NCBI RefSeq assembly: GCF_006345805.1
Contig: NC_043005.1
Coordinates: 30,752,001 to 30,816,000, forward strand
DNA: 64,000 nucleotides
DNA from: Octopus sinensis
Lineage: Eukaryota
Direction: 5' to 3'
Within the stretch, counting starts at the first letter, position 1. Every line of letters starts with the position of its first letter. A model generated the notes under the pieces. It was not told the DNA's origin. It made no database searches and saw only the letters and a program-made list of their open reading frames with translations. This document shows positions 24,128 through 39,100 of the stretch, in pieces. A program made the translations under genes and the position numbers.

Positions 24128-27100
24128 GTAAGTAAACATTTCAAGAGGACTTACTTTACAAACATGAGTAAGACATCGCCATGTCTCCTCGTGTCTGTCC
24201 ACAAGGCTACACGCCTTCTTCTAGTCGACAAGGTAGCTTCTGCGTGGTCAATCGGTTTGTTAGAAATAACAACATAATAAATCCCACAAATAATAACCCA
24301 CCATCTTTTTGACAAACTGTAAGAATGCACATTAGGTAATGTAGTCCTAGATGCCCCATTCTCCAAACCCAAATGACTTAATGGCCATAGCTGGAGTGCT
24401 GTTGTTTATAGGTCTTCTCAATCATAGTTGACCTACAGCTTTAAACTAGCGACATTTCGTTGTGTTGCTGATAATAAAGTACTCTATATAGTTAGAGGAG
24501 AAGCTAGAAACAGCAGTAAACTATTCTCTGCCGTGCTAAATAAAAGAGGGAGGATACATTGAATAATAAGTAGCCCTTTATACAGTGACTAAAACACGTC
24601 CGGCTGGACTGACCTGGGTTAAATACTACACTCCGAGCATTCCTTTTAATTTACACATTTTCTGATTGATCACAAATCCGACGAATAACTTGTTTTCAAA
24701 CCATGAAAATATTATTCTACTTCGTTTTTTATTCGGAACTCTTAAAATGCTGAGAGAGCCGGCTTGAGTGGTCCATTTTTTTAACTACTTCCACACCGAC
24801 CATATTTTAAATCCTGTTACGGTTAACGTTGCTTTTACTCACGCTCTCGTTTAGTAATATAATCTGTAACCGCATTTATACCACACCAGTGTCATACAAG
24901 AGCCCACTACATAGTTGTTTGACATGCGATAATTTTCTAGAGAGCCACACCCTTCTGCTTTTTAAAAGAAAAAGCATACGACACATTCAAACAACATGCT
25001 TTACAAAAACAATTCTGAACCTATATTTTGAAACTAATTAATTTTGAAAATAGTAAAAATAATATATCTAACATAGAAAATGTAAGTAAATTCTAAAATA
25101 GACTTTATAGTAGCTTACAGATTTTCACATATATATGTGTGTGTGTGAAGGCGCATGCCTTAGTGGTTAGAGCATCGAGCTTACGATCGCGAGGTTGTGA
25201 GTTCGAATCCCGAACCGAGCTGCGTGTTGTGTTCTTGAGCAAGGCACTTTATTTCACTCAGTTGTAGAAGTGAGTTGCGACATCACTGGTGCCAAGCTGT
25301 ACCTTGGATAACATCAGTGGTGTGAATAGGGAAGGCCGGTATGCATGGGCGACTGCTGGTCTTCTATAAACAACCTTGCCCGGACTTGTGCCTGGGAGGG
25401 TAACTTCCTAGCTACAATCCCATGGTTAGTCATGACCTGAAGGGGGTCTTTATTTATATATATATATATATTGTTTCCATCATTGGTTTAGTAGTCAAAC
25501 AAATCGACCCTGTTACTTATTTTTCTTAATGTTCTGCCTGTCTCTTTTTGCCAAACCGCTAAGTTACAGAGACGTAATCACACCAACACGTGTTGTCAGG
25601 CGGTGGTGGACAAACAAAGACACATACACCTATATACGATGGGCTTCTTTCAGTTTTTGTCTACCAAATCCACTGACAAGGCTTTGATTGGCCTAAGGCC
25701 ATAGTAGAAGACACCCAAAGTGCCATGCACTGGGACTGAACACAGAACCATATGATTAGGAAGCAAATTTAAACTTACCGCATAGACTATATATATATAT
25801 ATACACACATGTATTTTACTTGTTTCAGTCATTTGACTGCGACCATGCTAGAGCACCACCTTCAGTCGAACAAATTGACCCAAGGACTTTGTAAGTCTTG
25901 TTCTATTGGTCTCTATTGCCAATCTGTTAAGTTACGGGGACGTAAACACACCAACATTGGTTGTCAAGCTATGGTAGGGGACAAACACACGATGGGCTTC
26001 TTTCAGTTTCCATCTACCAAATTCCCTCACAAGGCATTGGTCGGCCTGATGCTATAGTAGAAGACACTTGCACAAGATACCACGCAGTGGGACTGAACCC
26101 AGAACCATGTGGTTGGGAAGCAAACTTCTTACCACACAGCCACTCCTGCACCTATATTCTTTTTTCTTTTTTTTCTCTGAAGTCCCAGTCAACTTGATTT
26201 TCAAAACAAATTTGAGTCACACCAAAAATGAATCCTCAGTTATTCTTAAAAGTATTTAAAAATAATAACATTATTTAACAGAAACGTGACCTCCCTCAAA
26301 GACCCTGGCAAAGAGGATTGACAGCTTCTAAAGCAGAGGCCTGAGAATTATCAAGAACATCAGATAGTACCATTACATTTCTCTCAAAGAACTGCATGTG
26401 TGCACACATCAGCCTGCTATCTGTCACATGCATTGGTATAGACATGTCCTCTGTCTCCCACTAGATCATTCTACCAAGGTTTTACTCTCGTTCAACACAG
26501 AAGCTGCAGGCTGGAGGACACCTTGTGACAGGCCTCACACCAGATGGCTGGACATGACTGGGGAAGTTCTCCAGAGGCTCAGTATCATTTTGGAGTATGC
26601 AGAGGGACTGGCATGGGACTGCCAGTAATGGAAAGCACTGGTGGACCTGGTCGGCCCAACATATCTCTGGAACCACTAACCTGAGATCACCCCAGTTTCA
26701 TAGGTTTTACAGAAAATTTCTATCTATATGTGCGATTTTACATATGTGTACACACGCATATAGATAGTGAAACAAAGCAGAAATACATCCTCTTCCAGAT
26801 TTGTATAAAAGGCAAAGAAATTTTCTATAAAATTTATATCTGGGGAGTCTCCATGAATGAGACATTAATAAAAAATTATCCAAAATGCTGATAATATATA
26901 TAGATATAGATAGATAGATAGATAAATACTAATAAAGAGAACATACATATGTATATACATATATAACTTTTTATATATATATATATAACAGGTTATATGT
27001 ATATAAGAAATTAAAGGACAAAGGAACAAGAAATTATGTAATGAACATGACATACCTAATAAATATAGACAAAATATTTAATATACGTGGAGCACATTTG

Positions 27101-30100
27101 TAGGTATGCCATACATATTTTCGTCATCGTCGTTTAACGTCCTCTTTCCATGCTGGCATGGGTTGGACGGTTTGACTGAGGACTGGCGAGCCAGAAGGCT
27201 GCACCAGGCTCCAATCTGATCTAGCAAAGTTTCTACGGCTGGATGCCCTTCCTAACACCAACCACTCTGAGAGTGTAGTGGGTGCTTTTATGTGCAACCA
27301 TCATGAGGGCCAGTCAGGCAGTTCTGGCAATGACCACACTCAAAAGGTGTTTTTTACATGCTACCTGCATGGGAGCCAGTCTGGCAGCACTGGCAATGAC
27401 CACACTTGGATGTTGTTCTTCATGTGCCATCCGCACATGTGCTGGTAAGGCAACGCTGGCAATGATCACTCTCAAATGATTCTTTTTACGGGAGCCAATT
27501 CGTGACCCTGGCAATGATCATGCTCAGATGTGCTTTTAACATTCCACTGGCACGAGTGCCAATCAGGCCGTACTGTCATCGGCCACATCAGCGCACCATT
27601 TTAATCTTTAACTATTCCATGTTTGCATGAGTCAGACATAATTTATTGGGGTAAATATTTTATGACTAGATACCCTTCCTGTTGCCAACCGTCACCTGTT
27701 TCCAAGCAAGGTAATGTTTCCCCTGGGCCAGAAAGATATGTGAAAGATTGGGATTGAAAAAAAGATGGTCACTTATCTGCTTTTCATTGAAAAGTGAAAG
27801 AAATTGGAATACAATGATTACTTAAAGCACTTTATATATATACTTTATGCTCAGTTTTATCAATTTTATAGACTTAATATGCAGCACTCTTAAAATAAAT
27901 ATTCACTCTTATTTTCCCATTTTCCCCATAAACAGAAAAAATTGCATTTTAAAATAAACAACAATCACAATTTCATATTTAGAAAACAAAAATTTTATAG
28001 TAAAAAAATTTTTTTATATGTAAATGAAAAAAAAGGTGTCGGAGGGGTGATGCATATCCTGCACACACCCAAGGATAAAATAAAATTATTATTTGATAAA
28101 TACATTCTCAGATGAATTCATATTTCAACAAAATGACATCAAGAGTTATTTCCCCTGTTTATCGTTTGCGCAAAAGGAAAAATACATTTTGATTCACCAG
28201 TCCACCAGTTTTTAAGATAATCAAACCAAAATTTAATGAGTTCAAACCATTGAGTATTTCTGCTAAATTTGGTGAAAATCCATTCAGCCATTTTCCAGTA
28301 ATTTTGCAAACACACAGACTCACAAAGATAAGCAACTACAATACCCTGTTTTTCCTAATGCATGCAGGGTAGAAGTCACAATTTCACAGGGGCAAAAATT
28401 TAATGCAACATGACATACTCTGAAAATCACATCGTTGGTAACTTACAAGCCAAGGCAATGGATCAGAGCCAATACACATTTCAATTTGCGCACACTTTTC
28501 AATAAAAATACTTCTTTGAAGCCTATGTTCTTCATGTAAGTTCTCCCTCTTCTTTTCCCTTGTTTGTCAGTGTTGATAGCTTTAACTCTCACATCAGATA
28601 ATTTGTGAGCCCTTGAGAATGCAACATATAGCTGACCATGGCCGAATACAGATTCAGGCAAGAACAGCCCCACTTCATCAAATGTCTCATTAAGTGATAG
28701 GTAATATAAAAAAACTTAATTCAATTATAAAGAAATTACTTTCCCTATGCATTCACCATCGCCACCTCCCCCACAACAACCACCATCATCTCTCACTTTC
28801 TACCTTTCTTTAATCTTGCAATCAGAACACCACCCCTCTGCTAAAATTATATTCCTAACTCTCTTCTATATCACTACCTTCAACTAACTTTTTTAACCAC
28901 GTAATAAATATTACATTCCCCCTACCACATGTTATGGATGCTTCTCTCTCCCTCTTTCTCTCTCTCTCTTCGCCTTATCCTCTTTTTCTTTAATCACATG
29001 AAAGCACTACCAACAGGCTAAGTAAATATGGCAAGCAGAATTATTATAAGATAATATGTATACAATACACACACACACATGTATAATGCACAACATAGTG
29101 TAAGTAAGAACTGCAAAACTGAAATATATTTAAACATTACAAAACTTCATTGTGGGTTAAATAAGAAAGAAATCATATTCATCTTATGCATTAGTGTGTA
29201 GAAAAGGTGGGGGAAGGGGAGGGTGGAAATGACAGTGAGAGAAAGTATTTCATTTTACTAAACATATTGTTTTTAATAACAGTTGAGTTTTTTTCTAATT
29301 TTCAGCTGCATTTCAAAAGAACATATCTTATCCATTTGATGATCTCTGTAGAAAAACTTTGCAGGACATTGAGGTGAGTCCAGTTACCTATCTTAGAAAT
29401 CTTTGGTTTGTATGAGACAATATGATTATTCTATTTATGTTTCTATAATACTTTTAAAAAGACTATCATGATTTTTAATTGTTGTAGAATTAACTCTGGA
29501 ATTAACCCATTTCATGTCACCCACTCCTGGTTTTTTGAAGTGATCTAAATTGAAACGTTCCATCAAAATTTCCATGTGAAATTATATTACAAAATCAACT
29601 TAATAAGAACAAAATTATTTTACTAAATTCTTTGTTATTTTCAAAATGAATTAAAACAAAGGCAGTGTGTTTCAACAGAAATGCAGTAACAATGGTTAAA
29701 TGGAAAATATGGTTGTTTACTTTTGAAACTGTAAGCACAGATTCAGGGGAAATCATCATCATCGTTTAACATCCGTTTTCCATGCTGGCATTGGTTGGAC
29801 AGTTCAGCTGGGGTCTGGGACCAGGCCCCAGTCTGATCTGGCAGTGTTTCTACAGCTGGATGCCCTTCCTAACACCAACCACTCCGAGAGTGTAGTGGGT
29901 GCTTTTTATGTGCCACTGGTACAGAGGCTAGAGGAGCTGATTTTCGAATGGTGCTTTTTATGAGCTACCAGCATGGAGGTAACAACTACAATTTTCATTT
30001 GATTTGATTTTGATATTGCTGTTGATGTTGATGTACTTGACTCAATAGGTCTCATCAAGCACAGCATGTCGCCCTACAATCCAAGGTACTTTTGAGTGGG

Positions 30101-33100
30101 CTGGTACATGTTTTGAGTGACTATATTAGAGTTTACTTGATAAATGAAATTCAGTTGTCCAGAGTGGTTGGCATTAGGAAGGGCATCCAGCTGTAGAAAC
30201 TCTGCCAGATCAAGATTGGAGCCTGGTGCAGCCATCTGGTTTGCCAGTCCTCAGTCAAATCGCCCAACCCATGCTAGCATGGAAAGTGGACTTTAAACGA
30301 GATGATAAGATTATTTTCATACCTTGAGAATTTTATTACATATGAAGTTGTTCATCTTGACTTTATAACTAGTTTCTCAGGATTGAAACCATTTTCTTAT
30401 TCTCTGACTCCACTCACTCAAGAATTGTATAGATTTTGATTTAATCTGATGGACATAGTTACATCCACTACATCATCAACGCTACATGGCTTAAAGTAGA
30501 ATATCTTAGATATATAATGTTGTAATGGTTTAAAATAGTCTTTTGATTTGTTTTTATTTTGGTAAATTTACATTTTCATTTAACATTAGATAAAAATTTG
30601 AGATTAAATAATTCTATTTGTGGGGTGGGGGGGATTTATAATAATGAATTCATTGTATACAAAGCTCATGTGCACTACAGCTCATCAGGATAGGGTAAAC
30701 GAGAATGGTAAAACAGGTAAAGAGCAATGACCAGCAAAAGTTACCTGCAAAATACACAGGACAAAACACAACCAAACGGAAAAGTGTACCAAAAAGGCAA
30801 AGAGTGCATAAGGAGGTCAGGAGGCCATGAATAGTGTTGGCAGATATGCTGATGGCTGCAGGCACCTGACATTTAACAACTGAGGCACAAAGTTGATTCC
30901 ATACTTAAATGTTTCCAAAACTCATGGACTTTGCAGGCTTTTACATATATATATATATATAAATGTATGCTACATGGTAGTGAAACTTGGGCTGTGACTG
31001 CTGAGGATTTGCGTAAGCTCGCAAGAAATGAAGCTAGTATGCTCCGATGGATGTGTAACGTCAGTGTTCATAATCGACAGAGTGTAAGTACCTTGAGAGA
31101 AAAGTTGAACCTAAGAAGTATCAGTTGTTGTGTGCAAGAGAGACGTATGCGCTGGTATGGTCATGTGATGAGAATGGCTGAAGATAGTTGTGTGCGAAAG
31201 TGCCACACCCTGGCAGTTGAGGGGACCTGTGGAAGAGGTAGACCCAGGAAAACCTGGGTCGAGGTGGTGAAGCACGACCTTCGAACTTTAGGTCTCACCA
31301 AGGAAATGACCAGTGACCGAGACCTTTGGAGGTATGCTGTGCGTGAGAAAACCCGGCAAGACCAGTGAGAACAGTCAAAATCAAGATCAAACCAAATTGA
31401 GGTCGATCAACATCAGGGCCCCCATGCAGGTGACACGTAAAAGTACCATCCGTTCGTAGCCGTTCGCCAGCCCTGTCTGGCCCCCGTGTAGGTGGCATGT
31501 AAAAGCACCATCCGTTCGTGTCCGTTGCCAGCCTTGCCTGGCCCCCGTGCCGGTGACACGTAAAAGCACCATCCGTTCGTGGCCGTTTGCCAGCCCTGTC
31601 TGGCCCCCGTGTCGGTGGCATGTAAAAGCACCATCCGTTCGTGCCCGTTGCCAGCCTCGCCTGGCCCCCGTGCCGGTGACACGTAAAAGCACCATCCGTT
31701 CGTGGCTGTTTGCCAGCTCTGTCTGGCCCCCGTGTTGGTGGCACGTAAAAAGCACCATCCGTTCGTGTCCGTTGCCAGCCTCGCCTGGCCCCCGTGCCGG
31801 TGACACGTAAAAGCACCATCCGTTCGTGGCCGTTTGCCAGCTCTGTCTGGCACCTGTGCAGGTGGCACGTAAAAAGCACCCACTACACTCACGGAGTGGT
31901 TGGCGTTAGGAAGGGCATCCAGCCGTAGAAACACTGCCAGATCTGACTGGGCCTGATGAAGCCTTCCAGCTTCACAGACCCCAGTTGAACCGTCCAACCC
32001 ATGCTAGCATGGAGAACGGACGCTAAATGATGATGATGATTGGACTAAAATTCTCAAAAGCAGTGCCCCGGCCTAGCCACAGTGTGTGACTGAAACAAAA
32101 GATAAAAGGTAAACACCATAGTGACATAACAGCTTTCAGTAGACAAAAGCAGGGAACAGTTGGCAAAGGTCTTACAGGACTGGGGTCATCGTGAAATGCA
32201 AGATGGAAAAATTGCATCTTCTTACATATCTTTTGATTATCACTTTATAATGATGTGACTATTCTTGTATATTTACTTTTTTATCATTGTTTATATTTGA
32301 TGTTTTTGGCAGATTTCCATAAATAGCAGTCCCATACAGTGTAATTCTTTAACTGAAGAGGTCTGCTGGCATGATCTCAGTGATAGTTCAGATAGTGGGG
32401 TTCATGGTAAGTCAATGCTCTGTTTTGCCTCTTTAAAACAATATGATGACAAGATTTTTCTTTTGATCCACAAACCCGTATAAATGTCAACTCCCTCTCT
32501 TCCCTCTTTCTCTCTCTCAAAATAATTATTGTAGCGTATTTCTAACATTTAGAATGGAATGCTCAAGATAACTTATTGTGGTTTCACAAGTGCAAGAAAA
32601 GGTTGTTGTAGTACATTACAGAAATACAATGAATGTGAGGTTAAGGTGTTGTACAATTGGCCTCAAATCTTATCACAATCAAGGAGCATATTCTCATATT
32701 CCAGTTTATCTCATCAACCACTTCCCACACTGATGTGGATTAAAATAAGTCATCATTGTCTAAGAATAGGTAGGACATGTCTCACTTGTGCATTCCAGTT
32801 TTTGCATAGCTTCTGTGGCTGGATGCCCTTCCTAGCACCAATCACTGGATATTTTATTATCTCACAGCTCAATAGGCCACCCCACTCATCCTAATCCTCA
32901 TCTTCATGTAATGTCCACTTTTCCTTACTTCCATGGCTTTGAGAGAATTCATTGAGACAAATTGTATACAGCCAGATGCCTTTCCAGTCACCAGCTCTCA
33001 TCTGTTTTCATGCCAAGTAATATTTTCTCGTAACGATGTCAGGACATGGATACACATATACAACAAGTTCTTTCAGTTTCCATTTACCAGGTCCACTCAC

Positions 33101-36100
33101 AAGGCTTTGGTCCACTCAGGACTATAGTGGAAGATACTTACCCAATGTGTCAAGCAGTGGGACTGAACCCCAAACCACAGAGTTGGGAAGTGAACTCCTT
33201 AACCACACAGCCATGTCTGCACCTAAATGAACATAAAACGAGGAATATAAAATACTTGCTAATTTGTTTTCACAATTTGCTTTTTTCTTTTTTTTTTTTT
33301 TTTTTTGTAATTATTAAATAATATTAAATTTTTTATTAAGGTGTTACTCTTAAACCGGAGCCTTTGTCACCACACTCTAACAGTTCAGATGGATCTGCTA
33401 ATGATCTGGCTATCAAACAAGAACCATTGTCCCCTTCTTCAACACCTGGCTCTGATTCTGGCATAGAAAGTTATAAACCCGTAAGTGATTTATTAGCTTT
33501 ATTTTTATTTCAAAACTTAAAAAGTGGCCATGATATCCATAATTTAGGAATTGTCTGAAGTTATTCATATTTTCACAAGCTGCAAGGCTTGAAGTAGTAT
33601 TCTAGACCAAGCAATGCAATAGCAAGTGAAGAAATAGAGCAAGCAGTTAGATGGATGGTTAGATTCTTGGATATCCCTGTAAGAGGGAGCTAGCTGGAAT
33701 TTCTCAGTGTTTACATTGTAAAGAATGAAAATAGAATATTCATGGAGAGGGGGCCAGTCAATTAGATCAACCCTAGTATGCAACTGGTGTTTAATTTATC
33801 AACCCCAAAATGATGGAAGGCAAAGTCAACCTAAGCGGAATTTGAACTCAGAACATAAAGACAGGCGAAATACTGCTAAGCATTTCGCCTAGTGCGCTAA
33901 CTTTTCTGCCAGCTCACCACCTTTGAGAAAATGAATATTGGAGAAGATTGCTTTTTTTCTTTTTAATTTATTCAGTGACATTAAATCAAGTCGTCAGATG
34001 TCTATTAAATGCATGGTTGAACAAAATATTAAATGTATGGTTGAACAACATGGTATTACAAAATATATTGTTTATCTAAACTTTATCTATCAGAGCATGA
34101 AAAGAAAACCATTACTATAAAGATTTGCTTTCAGCTGTGGTGTGAACAATAGTTCTGTGTGAACCTGTTGTCAATGGTAACTAATATTTTAGGTACAGTT
34201 AAACAGATATTTTATTTAGCAGAGATAGAAAGTAATTAGACCAAGTTACACTTTACTTCGTTTATGAACTTTCAAGCTTAAATTCCTATTTCACCAAGAT
34301 AAACTTCTCTACTCTCTTGAATCAATAAACAAAAAAGGTATTTGTATTGTATTGAAGGTAATTAAGGTAAAAAGCAGGTAGAATTGTTAGTTTCAGAAAA
34401 TGCTTTGTAGTGTTTGTTTTGCTTCTTTACATTCTGAGTTCAAATTCCGCCAAGATCAACTTTGCTTTTCGTCCTTTCAGGGTTGATAAAATAAAGTACC
34501 AGTCATGTATTGGGGTCAGTTGTATTAACTCCCTCCCCTCAAAATTGCTGACCTTTGCCAGAATTAGAAAGAATTATATTAGAAGTAATATCATCAATAA
34601 TATTGACTTTATATCTGATTAAATGAATTTTAGAGTCCAGCGAAGTATCTTTTTTTCTCTGTTAATGATTCATTTACTAATTAACTATCTCAATCAGTTA
34701 AAATTCTTTTCACATGCAAATTACGTTTTCCATAAAAACCTGAATATTTTAGATATAGTTTCAGTATCACATTTCTCTTTTTATAAGATTAATGTCGAGC
34801 ATAAATGGACTTATGGTAAGTGTAATTCTAGAACAACTCTGCTATCTAATTTTTATAAATTTAACTCTTTCGATACCAACCTGGCTGAAACCAGCTCTGG
34901 CTCTGAGTACAAATGTTTTGAATTAAAATCTTCCACCAAACCTTAGTCACAATTTATGTTCCTAACACTAGCTAAGTTATTTTCCTAAATTCTTTTTTAT
35001 ATTTAAAGTAATTGAAAGAAACACAGAGCATCTCAAAATAAATACAATAACAAAAGGGTTAAATTCATTAAGAATTTACCACTGGAAATGCTCTCTATCC
35101 TAAAAAGTGACATTGGTTATATATTGGCATAACCAATGAAAGAAAATATTTTACCTTATCATGAACTATTCTCTTACATTTGAATTTTAAATTTTATCTG
35201 AGATGAGTTGGTGTAAATAAGATTCTAATTATTTGGAACATGTAACCAGGCTGCAGATTTCAGTGTTTTTACCTTGTACAGCTTGATACCTTTATGCTCT
35301 GATTATGTCAAGGAGAGATTCAGGTTATTGTAGAGCCCATGAATTCTAGATCACTCCAATTTATTCTGGAAAAAGGACAGTGACAAAACCATATACCATT
35401 ACTTTCTGTACAGGGTTAAAAGAGAAATGTTAGACGTGAATATATCAAAACCAACTACTTTGAGTCGCATTATCCATATAGTATTAAGAAATGAGTTGTC
35501 AAATATCTACAACATTGAGCAAAAAGAATCTGCACCAACATATCAGTTTATACAGAAGAAATGCATTATATCCATGAGTAACGAATATCCAGCCCATCAT
35601 ATACTCACAGCACACTTCAAAGATTCCTCAACAAAGTTAAAACTATCTTGAAATAGCCAGAGCATAAGAACTGCATCTATAACATTTCATTTATTTGTGA
35701 AACGTTTTAATAATGGGGAAACTGGGAGATTGAAACTTGTAAATGAGAGGAGAAATACATATGTCAGGAAGGTCTAATAATGAGGATTGGAGGGGGTGCA
35801 GTGTTTATAGGTAATTATTGTATTTATATAACTTTGTAAAATACCATATGTCACTGTATCAATATTTATATGGCATTCATCATCATCATCATTGTCATTT
35901 AATGTCTGTTTTCCATGCTGGCATGAGTTGGATGGTTTGACTGAGGACTAGTGAGCCAGAAGGCTGCACCAGGCTCAATCTGATTTGGCAAAGCTTCTAC
36001 AGCTGGATGCCCTTCCTAATGCCAACCACTCCGAGAGTGTTGTGGGTGCTTTTACGTGCTACTGGCACGAGGGCCAGTCAGACAATTCTGGCAACGACCA

Positions 36101-39100
36101 CACTCAAAGGGTGTTTTTTACATGCTACCTGCACAGGAGCCAGTCTGGTGGTACTGTTAAATTATATCCCCCTATACAATATTTACGACATTATGTAAGG
36201 CAGCAAGCTGGCAGAAATGTTAGCATGCCAGGTGAAATGCTTAGTGGTCTTTTGTCTGTCTTTATGTTCTGAGTTCAAATTCCGCCAAGGTCGACTTTGC
36301 CTTTCATCCTTTTGGGATCAATAAATTAAGTACCAGTTTCATACTGAGGTTGATCTAATCGACTGGCCCCCTCCCCAAAAATTTCGGGCCTTGTGCCTAG
36401 ATAGAAAAGAATATTTATATTATTCTTGATGGTTTATATTAACATTTAAACATACTAATATTTTTGTTTTAATATATTGCAAATTACATTTTTTCCACTG
36501 ATTTCTTCTTGTTTTTTAAAAGTTTCTCTTTTTTTCTTTTTTTTTGCCAGATAAATGACCAGTTTCATTACCATTCTGATCTAAAGTCAGAATCAAAAGA
36601 TTTTGTCCTCTCTTTTGTAAATCAGGCTAATGCCAATGCTGCAAATTCTGTAATCAACCCTGGTGTTGGCTCAAATCTTACTAACCCTTCAGTCATGCAA
36701 GTAATGCAGAGCAATCTTCTTCCCACTCAGCCGGTCACCTGTCTCACTTCAGTTCCTTCACCAACATTGACATCATCTAACATTAGCACCATTGTAAACT
36801 CTAAAGTGAAGATTAAACCAAGAATGTCTGATGGCCAGAATCCTTTGACTACTTCCAAGACCAGTAAGTGTAAAGGAAAATGTTTTACTATTTATTTTCA
36901 ATATATTTACCATTGTTAAGGCAGCGAGCTACCAGAATCGTTAGTCTGCCTGGCAAAATGCTTAGCGGCATTTCATCCATCACTACATTCTGAGTTCAAA
37001 TTCAGCCATGGTCGATTTTACATTTCAACTTTCCAGGGTTGATAAAGTAAGTACCAAGCTGCTGGCCCTGTGCCAAAACAGGAATCCAATATAATTACTG
37101 TTGTTTTCTTTCAAATCTCTTCTGAATCATGCATTTAGATATTGACAAATATAAAATACAGAAGTTTGTCTTGTACAACTGCCAGCTTAAAATCTTTGCT
37201 ACCTTGGTAAGAAAATATCAGTTATTGAACAAGTAAATGTTATAACCATCCATTAACGAAAGATTGTTATAAGCTATTCTGGTATGGAATAAGAATGAAT
37301 ACCTCTTTAAATTCCTGCTAACATACATTTGTCAGAGTTTTCTGGAACAGTTAGCTCTTTACATTCAGCTTACTATAGTTTCAGTTGAGGAAATTGTTTT
37401 AACATGTCTTTTCTAGCTGGTATTTGTAAGAAACAGACTAAGAATTTTAATTTCCTCATCATCATTATATTTTAACATCCATCTTCCATGCTGGCATGGT
37501 TTGGATGGTTTCACAAGATCTGACAGGTCAGAAGACTTTATTGTGCTCTAATGTCTGTTTTAGCATCGTTTCTACTGCTATACTCCCTTCCTAACACCAA
37601 CCGCTTTACAGAGTGTGGACTGGGCACTCTTTACATAGCACCAACACACGTGAGGTCAGCATGTAGCTCACAAGAGCAAGATCTTCTTCAACTGAGTGGG
37701 GCTGCAGTAACAAGTTAAGATAAAATGTATATATTCTAGTATATTTGTCAGAATTCAAATAATGAAGTCAGTAGTCAGCTTAACTAGTGTATCTCAGCCA
37801 CGGAACTAAAAACCTAAGCTTATATTGGTCAATTTCAAACTTGGAAACTTAATCTAAGAACAATTTGGCAAATAAAATCTCAAATTTTATTCCTACATAT
37901 TTTTTTTTAATCAACACCATAGCCTCTATGGAGTCACATAGCCTGCTAGAAATAATTGCCAAATCTCCCTCAAGCCACTCCTTAAATACAGAAGGAACAC
38001 ATTGAATAATGTAGACCTAGATACCCTTAAAAAGGTAGGATAGTCACAGATGGAACGGTTTTAATCATGGATATGCTCACTCAGAGCTGATCTGAAACTA
38101 GATCATCATCATCATGTTAGACAAAAAGTTAATACATTATTTATATTATTAACATTTGACGGATATTTGTCCTCATCTTGTTTGTTGTTAACACAATGTT
38201 TCAGCTGATATACCCTCCAACCTTCATCATTGGGGAAATTTCGAACCTGGGTTCTCATTCCTACAGGCATATGGCATAGTGGTTAAGAGTGCGGGCTACT
38301 AACCCCAAGATTCCAAGTTCAATTCCAGGCAGTAACCTGAATAATAATAATATCGAAAAATACCTTAGGAATGAGAACCCAGGTTCGAAATTTCCCCAAG
38401 ACATCCGATGAAGGCTGGAGGGTATATCAGCCGAAACGAGTTAACAACAAACAAGATGAGGACAAATATCTGTCAAATGTAAATAATGTAAATAATTCCT
38501 CTTCTCTTAAATATAGAACTGAAAGAGTGAATACAGCTTATGTTGAACTATCCTAAAGAGGAAAATTGCAATATACTATCTATGAATAACAACACAGACA
38601 TTAACTATAGAAAAGAATGCTGAACTAACCCTGTAGAATAAAAGCACTTAGCTATAGATTTTAATTGCAGATGATTTTTTTTTTTTTGATTTCCTTGCTA
38701 TTGTTAATTGAACAGATGGTGAATGCTGGCCCACCTCAGTGCCACCACAGACCACATCAAATGGAATCTCAGTACCAAACTACCCAGTTTGTTCTTCAAC
38801 AGATCTTCACCCACAGAATGATGCAACTACAGTTACATCTGAATTTATTGACATGAATGGCACCAATCCTTTGCATTCCAACCTAAATAATAGTGTAAGT
38901 GAACAATAATGCCTTTTGTAGGACAATCAATCTATAGACATGCATTGATCTTATTACATTTTACAAGATGCTTCATCATCATTGTCATCATTTACTTCCC
39001 ACATTTCCATGCTTGCATGGGTTGGATAGGATTCTGTTGAGACAGATTTTTCTACCACCAGATGGCCTTCCTGTCACCAACTCTCACCTACCTTCTATCC

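Noticed and set aside
24151-24372. 73-aa minus-strand ORF as a standalone protein gene
   Set aside because: No homology or coding character. Only the splice-donor signal is kept, as a low-interest finding.
25150-25225. tRNA gene (also 38266-38330)
   Set aside because: A and B boxes are present but the cloverleaf does not close, and the sequence runs into repeat bodies, so these are SINE heads.
31295-31997. 139-194 aa ORFs with repeating peptides
   Set aside because: They are translations of the 62-bp minisatellite.
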